Assembly: GCF_001194135.2 (NCBI RefSeq)
Contig: NC_068989.1
Span: forward strand, 80,946,982 to 81,010,981
Direction of reading: 5' to 3'
Origin: Octopus bimaculoides
Lineage: Eukaryota
DNA: 64,000 nt
The stretch's first letter is position 1; each line of letters begins with the position of its first letter. Below are positions 40,049 to 50,465 of this stretch, one piece after another. The notes beneath the pieces are model-generated. The model saw nothing but the letters and a program-made list of their open reading frames with translations. It had not been told where the DNA came from and ran no database searches. The position numbers and the translations under genes were made by a program.

Positions 40049-40719
40049 GACAGAGAGAGAGAGAGAGAGAACCTTCCTGAGTCATATACACTCCTAGGGC
40101 TGGTTTCTCCCGTTCCCATGGTACATATATACTTTCCCTCCACCATCCTGGATGAGACATCACTGTTGCAGGATTACTCATTTTGCCAGCTTGGACTGGA
40201 GCAATATGAAATGAAGTGTTTTGCTCAAGAACACGATGCATTGCCTGGTCCAGGAATCAAAACTACAATCTCACAATCATGAATCCATCACCCTAACCAC
40301 TAAGCCTTGTGCTTCCACATTTTCAAACAAAGGACAAAAGCTTGAAATAGGAAATGGTGCCTCTATTTTCTCTGTCTCTCTGTCTGTCTGTCTCACTCTC
40401 CTTTCCTCTCTCAAAAAGACAAGTGTTTAAGTTGCTGGATATTTTCCATTCCTGCTCAACTTCTTTTATGAATTCTCCTATAGATTAACTTAGTTGGCAC
40501 AGAACATCACCAGTTTCCAGAAATTCAAGATTTTACCATATTTACAATAAATAGTTACATTGTCGCTCTATCATAACTTGGCCTTTAGCTTCTCCCTCAT
40601 TATTCTATGTTCAAATTTTGTGTTAGGTTTGACTCAAGGGAGTTTTTGTGAGAGTGAAGTTAGCAGAATGGTGACCAAAGCAGCAAAACTCTCTTTCTCT
40701 AACTTTCTCTGTTTCTACC

Positions 40720-40799
<80 letters not shown>

Positions 40800-40931
40800 C
40801 TGCAGTCGAAACATATGTAGGTCTGATATATGCTGTAGAAAACTTTTAAATAAAGAAGTTTTCAGGTGTGAATAAAACTTCCACTCTCTTCTTTGTTATC
40901 AACATTATATATATATTTGTGTGTGTATGTG

Positions 40932-40965
<34 letters not shown>

Positions 40966-41492
40966 CATATATTGTATATCAAACCCCAGCTGTTAGATTT
41001 AATTTGTTTATCTGCATAATTGCCTCTGTATCTGCTCATCTGGATTCCCTTTATAGCCACTCTTTACCTCACAGAATTGGTCTCTCATAAAGACATTGAA
41101 GTTTAAGCTCAAATCCTTTGACTGCTGCTAAGTGTTTTCTATACCAAGAACCTCTGGATCTCATCTGTTGACTCTGTATGTGTGTGTGTGTGTGTGTGTG
41201 TGTACGTACAACTGTTAAATTAGTTATGTCCCTTCTTTCGGGAAACTAACTTAGCCGTTTAACAAACAATGGTTTGATAAAATAACCACTGGACTGAATG
41301 GGTTGGCATGATAGACTACTAACCTTTAATGCAATGCTCCATCATGGCCATAATCCAGCAAGTGGAACTAACAAAAGAATAAAAGAACACAAAGGTTTGA
41401 TTGTTACTGAAACCAATATGATATTATTATTATTATTATATTTTTTCATATTCTTGTTTTTAATTTCTTTTTTTTTCTTTTTTTACAGAACA

Positions 41493-41834
41493 ATGACAGC
41501 CAGAGGACTTCATGAGAGTTGTCAAGGACCTTATCCTGGGTTTGATCTCCAGCCAAAGAATGCTCGTCCAATGTCGAATTCAAGGGTCCGTCCTGAAGCA
41601 GAGGAATATGCAACAATGCATAAAGGATCTTTAAATCTCTTTGAGTCTTCTTATTTTACAGGGAATAACGGTAATAATAATGTGAAATCCAGGTGCCCCT
41701 CACAAGCATCCCGAGAAAATTTAGTTTACAGCCGACAAGGATCTGTGAGTAAAATTATTCACTGCCAGGCCACCCCACGTCCTGACACTCCAAACCAAAC
41801 CCGAATCAGACCAGAAGCGTTGTCAATTGCTGAG
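41493..41834 (+). CDS. Uncharacterised repeat-containing protein, first coding exon
   Basis: Long polypyrimidine tract and acceptor ttttttacag|AACA (exon starts 41489), ATG in aacaATG context, donor GCTGAG|gtatgt (phase 0). 114 aa MTARGLHESCQGPYPGF...RVRPEAEEYATMHKGSLNLF...RIRPEALSIAE, non-repetitive DNA, open frame. Confidence 0.75.
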
Positions 41835-42788
41835 GTATGTAAACAAAAATGTATGCATGTGCATGTGTGTGTTTTTTCTTTGAGTTTTGCTAAAGTTCTT
41901 CTCAAAAGAGTTCATGCCAGTTGCTAACAAATTGACAAGACTTTTTGGGTTAAGAAAGTTCCTGGTATATGTAAATATGTGGTTGAATTGGCATGTTAGC
42001 TAAGTTGTTTATACATACACCCATCTTACAAATCTTCATTTTGACACTAATAGATAGGATTTGGAGAATGTGCATCAGTTTTTTCTGCTCTTTCTGTAAA
42101 AAAACATACTATACTCTTTTACTCTTTTACTNNNNNNNNNNNNNNNNNNNNNNNNNNNNNNNNNNNNNNNNNNNNNNNNNNNNNNNNNNNNNNNNNNNNN
42201 NNNNNNNNNNNNNNNNNNNNNNNNNNNNNNNNNNNNNNNNNNNNNNNNNNNNNNNNNNNNNNNNNNNNNNNNNNNNNNNNNNNNNNNNNNNNNNNNNNNN
42301 NNNNNNNNNNNNNNNNNNNNNNNNNNNNNNNNNNNNNNNNNNNNNNNNNNNNNNNNNNNNNNNNNNNNNNNNNNNNNNNNNNNNNNNNNNNNNNNNNNNN
42401 NNNNNNNNNNNNNNNNNNNNNNNNNNNNNNNNNNNNNNNNNNNNATATATATATGTATATATGCATATATATATACGACGGGCTTCTTTCAGTTTCCGTC
42501 TACCAATCCCACTCACAAGGCTTTGGTCGGCCCAAGGCTATAGTAGAAGACACTTGCCCAAGGTGCCATGCAGTGGAACTGAACCCGGAACCATGTGGTT
42601 CGTAAGCAAGCTACTTACCACACAGTCACTCCTACACCTATTCCTAGTTTTTATGTAAATTTGTTGGTACATTCCTGAAATGTACCTAGGTACAAGTGTA
42701 CCTTGTAGCTACAAATGAGGATTTACAGTCAGTGTACAAGAGATTTAAATTCTGCTTTAATTCACCACAAATGTTCTCCCTCTTTGTT

Positions 42789-42819
<31 letters not shown>

Positions 42820-43566
42820 TTGTGTGTGTGAAAACCAGATTAAGGGCTACTGATGCTCTATGTACAATCTAACAATGGCCTTCTCTCAGTACTTCCATTG
42901 TAGAAATGACAAGACAATGAGACACAATAAATGCTGAATGTGAAATATTAAATGAGAATTTTTGTTTTCTTCTAGGCTAATCCTCACAACTATATTAAAT
43001 ATAGCTTATTTTTCACCCACCAGGTTAATCCCCAAAATTATTTTAAATACAGCCTTGGTCCTTTTAACATGTACTTATTTTGTCTCATGTATAGTTGGGA
43101 CCTCATACATACACACATACATACATACATACAGACATACAGAAAGGCAGACAGACAGACAGACAGACAGAACCTGGTGGAGCCCTCTACTTGGTCTTTC
43201 TCTGTCAAATTGTCCAACCCATGTCAGCATGGAAAAAGGATGCTAAATGATGATAATGATATATATATATATATACAACAGCTGCAGTATTTTATATTTG
43301 CTTTGCATCCTGGAAGGGGTTGGACAGGTTGCTGCTTATTTGGAGTTGCTACCCTCCCAGCTATGATTAGGGGAACGTATTTATACATACATGTATATGT
43401 GTGTGTTTTGTATGTGGAGACAGTAATTTAAATAAACATGAATAGGCTTGATATATATAAATATACATATATACACGCTCACATATAGATACACACACAC
43501 ATAATGAGAGAGAGACTTACAAATAGCTAAATATATTCAGAAGATAAACACATATGTACAAGCATC

Positions 43567-43606
43567 GGCCATGACGAAGGGAAATAGCCCTGAAACTCGA
43601 GTCGCC
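43567..43606 (+). ncRNA. Minimal type I hammerhead-ribozyme-like motif, variant core
   Basis: GGC-CATGACGA-AGGG aaatag CCCT-GAAA-CTCGAG-TC-GCC. Stem I GGC/GCC, stem II 4 bp, palindromic stem III ACTCGAGT, GUC triplet. One extra nucleotide versus the canonical CUGANGA. Confidence 0.65.
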
Positions 43607-43988
43607 TTTATATATATATATTTATATTTATATATTTATATATTTGATCCTTTATATTGAACACTCAATATTTCATCTACATTCAATACTTTCTTTCATG
43701 GTGCCATCCATTTTTATTTTATTTTATTTTATATTGTATATTGTATATCATATTATATATTGTATATTCCATATTCTATACCCCACATTAGTTCTGCAGG
43801 AATANNNNNNNNNNNNNNNNNNNNNNNNNNNNNNNNNNNNNNNNNNNNNNNNNNNNNNNNNNNNNNNNNNNNNNNNNNNNNNNNNNNNNNNNNNNNNNNN
43901 NNNNNNNNNNNNNNNNNNNNNNNNNNNNNNNNNNNNNNNNNNNNNNNNNNNNNNNNNNNNTTAAAAGCAGCAGAAATATAACAAAAAG

Positions 43989-44026
43989 CTGTTACTCAGA
44001 GTTTCACGTTCCCGTTCATTGGACAG
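43989..44026 (-). ncRNA. Degenerate minimal type I hammerhead-like motif of a different family
   Basis: Minus strand CTGT-CCAATGA-ACG ggaa CGT-GAAA-CTC t GAG-TA-ACAG. All three stems pair; the core differs from CUGAUGA at 2 positions; GUA triplet. Confidence 0.55.
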
Positions 44027-46357
44027 TTTTGTTAGAAATGGGAGAGAAATGACAATGCAATCAAAACTAATATAAATTAAAAAACATGGATCTGTTTCAT
44101 TGGTCGTTTCAAATAACGGTCTTAGGTATGCAATGAACAAAATAAACAAAACAAATGAATTCAATATAGATTCATTCTATTTTTTTAAAAATCAAAGAAA
44201 ACCTTAAATTGAAAAGTGGGTTCAAAATACATATTGTAAATAATTATATTCGAATTAATAATAATTATATTCGAAACCTATAACCAATGAATTTATTGTT
44301 CCAAAACGGATGGTATAATTTGGAAAATATAAATTGTTGTGTGATTAAGAAGGTCACTTTGCAACCACATGGTAGTGGGTTCAGTCCCACTACATTGCAT
44401 CTTGGGCAAGTATCTTCTATAGCTCTGGGCTGACCATGCCTTGTGAGTAAATTTGGTAGACAGAAATTGTGTGGCAGACTGTCATACATACATATATATA
44501 AATGTATCTTTGTGTTTGTGTTTTTTGCATTTGTCCCCACCAACACTTGCCAACCAGTGTTGGTTTATTTTTGTCCCTATAACTTAGTGGTTTGGCAAAA
44601 GCATCTGGTAGAATAAGTTCCAGACTTTAAAATAGGTACTGGAGTTTTTTCAACTAAACCCTTCAAGGTGGTGCTCCAGCATGATCGCAGTCCAATGCCT
44701 GCAAAGCAAGTGAAAGATAAAAAGTAAATAGATGGATATAAACAGGTGAGTTAACTCACCTTTCAGAGTAATGTTAACACTGACACAAATCTATTGACTT
44801 TTTATATCAACAGTTTAGGGAGACTTGAAAAGAGCACCTTATGTTTTACCATATTTGAAGGCATACAAGATACATATAGCCCTGGTCCTATATGCAAAGT
44901 TGCTTTAAGTTTTTAAATGTTAATGCACTATTATTACCTCTTATCATCATCATCATCATCATTATCATCGTTTAACATCCACCTTCCATGCTACCTTGGA
45001 TAGGACGATTTCACAAAACCCGTCTAGGCAGAAGCCTGCACCAGACTTCTGCGACTGTTTTGGCAGGATTTCCACAGCTGGATGCCCTTCCTAGCACCAA
45101 CCACTCAGTAAGGCTATAGTAGAAGACACTTGCCCAAGGTGTCATGCAGTGGGTCTGGACCTGGAACCACGAGATTGGGAAGTAAGCTTCTTACCACACA
45201 GCCACACCTGCACACTAAATAACTTTTTTGCCATATATGTGCTGTGTTGAAATTAGGATGTTTCNNNNNNNNNNNNNNNNNNNNNNNNNNNNNNNNNNNN
45301 NNNNNNNNNNNNNNNNNNNNNNNNNNNNNNNNNNNNNNNNNNNNNNNNNNNNNNNNNNNNNNNNNNNNNNNNNNNNNNNNNNNNNNNNNNNNNNNNNNNN
45401 NNNNNNNNNNNNNNNNNNNNNNNNNNNNNNNNNNNNNNNNNNNNNNNNNNNNNNNNNNNNNNNNNNNNNNNNNNNNNNNNNNNNNNNNNNNNNNNNNNNN
45501 NNNNNNNNNNNNNNNNNNNNNNNNNNNNNNNNNNNNNNNNNNNNNNNNNNNNNNNNNNNNNNNNNNNNNNNNNNNNNNNNNNNNNNNNNNNNNNNNNNNN
45601 NNNNNNNNNNNNNNNNNNNNNNNNNNNNNNNNNNNNNNNNNNNNNNNNNNNNNNNNNNNNNNNNNNNNNNNNNNNNNNNNNNNNNNNNNNNNNNNNNNNN
45701 NNNNNNNNNNNNNNNNNNNNNNNNNNNNNNNNNNNNNNNNNNNNNNNNNNNNAAACATGCAACCGTCAGACATCTACCATACTCTGAACTCTTAGCATGG
45801 ACGCATTAAAGTTCCAAGGTCTGACAACTGATTTGTTAGTCACCCACAAGATATCACCTACCACCTTTCCAACAACAACCTTGAGCCACTTTTTGAATTT
45901 CAAATGTCTAATATTCATGGACATGCTTACAAAATAAATCGACCACATGACTGATTCTTTGTAAGCATAGTACTTATTCTATCAGTCTCTTTTGCCAAAC
46001 CACTTAGTCACAGGGATGTAAGCACACCAGCATCGGTTGTCAAGCAATGCTGGGGGCACAAACAGACACACAAACATATACACACACATACATGCATACA
46101 TACATACATACACACACACATATATATATATATACACATATAACGGGCTTCTTTCAGTTTCCGTCTACCAAATCCACTCACAGGGCTTTGGATGACCCAA
46201 GGTTATACTATAAGACACTTGCCCAAGGTGCCATGCAGTGGAACTGAACCCGGAACCATGTGGTTGGTAAGCAAGCTACTTACCACACAGCCACTCCTGA
46301 ATATTTTAATTGAAATCATGAAAATTCCTTCTCAATGTTTTTATATTTTGATTACAG

Positions 46358-46776
46358 GGGCTTCAATGGCTGCTATCTTGAGTCAACCCCCCAAAAGCAA
46401 GCCAGTTCCAACTGTGTTTCACATAAAAAATACAACAAACTCTTTATGCCTCTGGGAAAAGGCAGTCAACAGCATCACTAAAGGAGAGCAAATGAGAAAG
46501 GTACTGAGCAGCAACAACGATGCAGAAATAGCAGCAGCACCTGCAGCTCGGGTGAAAAGAGAAGGCCAGCATATATCAAATCTCGACAGAGGAGGCCGTA
46601 TGAACAAACTGATTTATGATACCAGCTCACTTCCAGCACCTATTAAACCAGTTCCCAGATGTGGCATGTCTAAAGTTGCCAAAAAGATAATGCAACAGAA
46701 TAGAGGTACTGTTGGAAGTCTTTTAACAAATTTGGCAAGCCATCAGATTGTTTTACAACCTGGAGTCAGAAGTTGA
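46358..46776 (+). CDS. Uncharacterised repeat-containing protein, terminal coding exon
   Basis: Acceptor ttatattttgattacag|GG (phase 1). Open frame ASMAAILSQPPK...ARVKREGQHISNLDRGGRMNKLI...PRCGMSKVAKKIMQQNRGTVGSLL...QPGVRS* with TGA at 46774-46776. Shares a repeat motif with exon 41493-41834. Confidence 0.7.
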
Positions 46777-47467
46777 GAAACTTATATCTAAGTTCATGCC
46801 TCTGGTTATCTATCTATCTATCTATCTACATACCTGTTTGTACACACACACACACACACACAAACATACACATGCATGCATACACACACACACATGCACG
46901 TGTGCACACATATATATTCTTTTACTTGTTTCAGTCATTAGACTCCCCACCAAAAAGAACAAACTAGATTTATTCAGTTTGATATCGGCTGCTATATAGA
47001 TTATTTATATATAATCAGTTGATATCAAACTGGATAAATTTCTCTCTCTCTTTCTGTCTCTCTCTATATATATATGCATACATGCATATATTTTCTTACC
47101 CACCTTATTCCCTCAACCATCATCCACCCCAAATATTTGTAACTGTGATTTGCAAAGCACATTCCATACACTGTCGTCCCTTTATCCCTATTTATTCTAC
47201 TACTAAATAAGTTAGAATAAGGGCGGAGGGCAGGTGGACTAGAGGGCACAAGCTTATGACTTTGAAGTGCTTTACCACCCGTTAGAGGCAAAAGGGGATC
47301 TTTTGGTAAAGAATTGCCTTTCTTTTTATTTATAAATGATTTTATTTCTTCTGTTCTTTTTTGTTATTTGTAGATCTATCATGCATAACATATAAGTGCT
47401 GTATACCTATAACACATAGGTAAATTATATGCATATTGCACTAATTACAGAAGTACTTAATGAACAG

Positions 47468-47726
47468 TTTGAAATAGGGCCTACATTTCACATCTGGTCT
47501 GGATCTAGTTGAAATAGTGCAAACATTTCAAATCTGTCCTGGGTCTATTACCATTTGAAATGGGCCTATGTTTTACATCTGTCTGAGACCTGCTACAAAC
47601 TGAGACGAGCTTGAATTTCACATCTGACCAGGGCCCACCATTTGAAATGGAACCTACATTTCACATCTGCACTGGGCCTATTACCAGTTGAAATGGAGCT
47701 TTCATTTCACATCTGACCCAGATTTG
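47468..47726. repeat. Degenerate minisatellite, ~6 units of 40-46 bp
   Basis: Unit consensus TTGAAATGG..CCTACATTTCACATCTG..CTGGG.CTATTACCA with an internal TGAAAT...ATTTCA dyad. Confidence 0.85.
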
Positions 47727-49236
47727 CATGGGCCAATTACTGACAAAAATTCCTTCTTTATTGCAAGAACTGTTTTCACTCAGTAAGTTTACACTTTTCT
47801 TCACAGTATTACAAGCAAATCTTTTCAAATTTCTACACACCTCTAGTATTTCTCCAAATTCATTTCCACATACACATCAGCACATTTGTCAGATGTAAGT
47901 GATGAATTAAATGCAATTTTTTGTGTTTTAATTTACCACAAACTTCAATCTTTTTAATACCAAACACCTGTATTAAAGTGTTGAAATTTAAATTCCAATC
48001 ATGGACTGAAATTTTATTTTTGCACAAAAGATTAAAATAAGATTTGAATTTGTAAAAAATTATCTTTCAATAAATAAGTTAATTCATTAAGTCTATCATA
48101 ATTCTTGATTATTAAAAAAAAATTAAGTGCTAATTTTATACTTGTGTGTGTGTATTTTACATTTATGCCTCTCCTAAAAAAAATTCAATTCAGCTACCAA
48201 TGCTGATGATGTCATTTCCCCAATCAGCAAATCTTCCACTGGCTTTGCACCTTCAAACATATGAAACAATTAGAGATCTATTACTTCAGAGACAAGTAAA
48301 GGTTAGTAACAGGAGAGCACCCAGCTGTAAAACAAGGCCTCAATTATATATTCAGCTAACGTATGGAAAAACAGGTATAAAATGAACATACATACATATG
48401 CATGTATGTATGTATGAACCTTTATGCTTCTTTCTTTCCATCTCCTTATTCTTTTACTCCCTAACTCTATGTTGTCATCTTATTAATATATACCATTCTC
48501 ATTTTCCCTATTTTTCTCTAATGGAATATCCCATAGTCGGGGATATTTCAGAAACAGCTGTAAGATTTTGAATTTCTTCCTATAATAATATTGTATATGA
48601 CTTGAGATGTGTGCCTTGCTTTAATGTTTGCTGTCCTGTTTAACAATTATATCTATTTATCTATCTATCTATCATAAATGGCATCTATGCCAGTAGCACA
48701 TAGCATTATTCGAGCATTGGGCCTCATGGAGGCAATGTGGCTGATACTGGTGTCACATAAAAAGCACCATTCAAGTGCTGGGCCCCATGGAGGTAATGTG
48801 GCCGATGCCAGTGTCATGTAAAAGCACCTATTACACTCTTGGAGTGTTTGGTATTAGGAAGTGCATCCAGCCATAGAAACCATGCCAAATCAGACTGGAG
48901 TGTGGTACAGCCCTGGTCAAACCATCCAACTCATAGCAGCATGGTCAATGGCTGTTAAATGATGATGTATGTATGTATGTATGTTGGCATTTCTATAATG
49001 CAGTAATTTTGTGTATAAAGCTTACCTGTCTCTGACGATTTGACTGTACAGCTTGGTTATGTAATTAACTTTGTATAACTAATAATCAGCTTTTGTTAAT
49101 GAAAAGTATGTAAGGTAGTGCAACTAAATATCTTATAAACAATCCTTCATGTTTTATTTATTTATTGTACATATATATATGTATGTATATATATATATAT
49201 GCATGTGTGTGTGTGTTCTGTCTGTCTGTCTATCTA

Positions 49237-49453
49237 TGTGGGGGTCCCAAAAAGTTCCTGGCTTTGGGTAAAAGAAAATACTGAAGGATCAGTTAATTAT
49301 GATTTTATTTAACATATTCCATTCTCAGATTCACACACTTATTGCAGCAGTCCTTCAGTTTTTCTAAGCCCTGTGAAAGAACTCTGAAGACTGGACCTCC
49401 AACTAGGCTTTTCGTGATACCCTTAAGGCAAGGAACTTTTCAGTACCCCCTCA
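49237..49453. mobile_element. Mariner-derived MITE
   Basis: Imperfect ~34-bp TIRs (TGTGGGGGTCCCAAAAAGTTCCTGGCTTTGGGTA vs reverse complement TGAGGGGGTACTGAAAAGTTCCTTGCCTTAAGGGTA), TA on both flanks. 217 bp. Confidence 0.8.
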
Positions 49454-50335
49454 TATCTATCAATCTCTCTCTCTCTATATATATATACATATACAATACA
49501 TTGTGTGTGTATGTAAACGTCACCAAGATCAGGAAATTGAGTCTAAAATAATCAAACATTAACATTAATGGCAGTGCCCCAGCAAGACTACCTCTGGCTG
49601 AAAGCATGAAACTGATAAGAAAATAATAGAACAAACGATGTGTGTGTGTGTGTGCGCATACATTTATATATACAGGCTTTTTGTTGCCTTGAAAGCATTT
49701 AAACCAGGTTGCTAGTCTCCATCACTATTTTGAAAGCCCTGAAAAGAAGGACCATGTAATTTTGCCCCTTGCACTTCTGACAAAAGTCATTAAAAAATTA
49801 TGTAGAAACCCTTAACTGAGCTGCCTACTGGACAGGAATTATGAGACCTTGGGACGCCAAGCTTCTCTAATGGTCTGACTTTTTCCTTTCCATGTCATGA
49901 GTAATAAAATATTTTCAGTATAATGTAATGAAAAGATCTTGGCATGTTATGTTATTAAATTAGTCTGACCTTTTCTTTACATCAGCATGAAAGAAAAAAG
50001 AAAACTGTTATGTGTTAGAAAATACCGTCAGTTACCATTTACTGCTATTTAACTGTTTGTTTTTCTTGAATCAAGAATAGCAACAAGTGTTTTTGTTACT
50101 GTTTGTTAACTTTACATCCAATTTTCCATGATGATATGGATTGGACAGAGATCAGAAATTTAATCTAAGCAGCATGTTATAGTTGGATGACCTTTCTGTT
50201 GCCAACCCTCACCTGTTTTTCTAGTAAGAAATATTCTTTATTCCAATAATGCACAATGATAAGATGTTTTTGTCAACAGTGGATTTAGACATCATCTCAC
50301 TGTTTTGCTCACATGGTGGCAAGAAGTAGAATCTA

Positions 50336-50465
50336 CAGGGTGTTCACAAGGTCTGGGCACATGGAGTAAATAAAATAATAACATAAACAATTAAATATAA
50401 GAAATAATAATAATTTCTTAAAGTACGTGTTAATCCCCATGTACCCAGACTTTGTGGACACCTTG
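50336..50465. mobile_element. Tc1/mariner-type MITE
   Basis: TIRs CAGGGTGTTCACAAGGTCTGGGCACATGG vs reverse complement CAAGGTGTCCACAAAGTCTGGGTACATGG, TA on both flanks, AT-rich core. 130 bp. Confidence 0.82.

Noticed and set aside
47468-47726. CRISPR-like look (palindromic repeats with variable spacers)
   Set aside because: Eukaryotic context, degenerate repeats, spacers short and homologous to each other, no cas genes.
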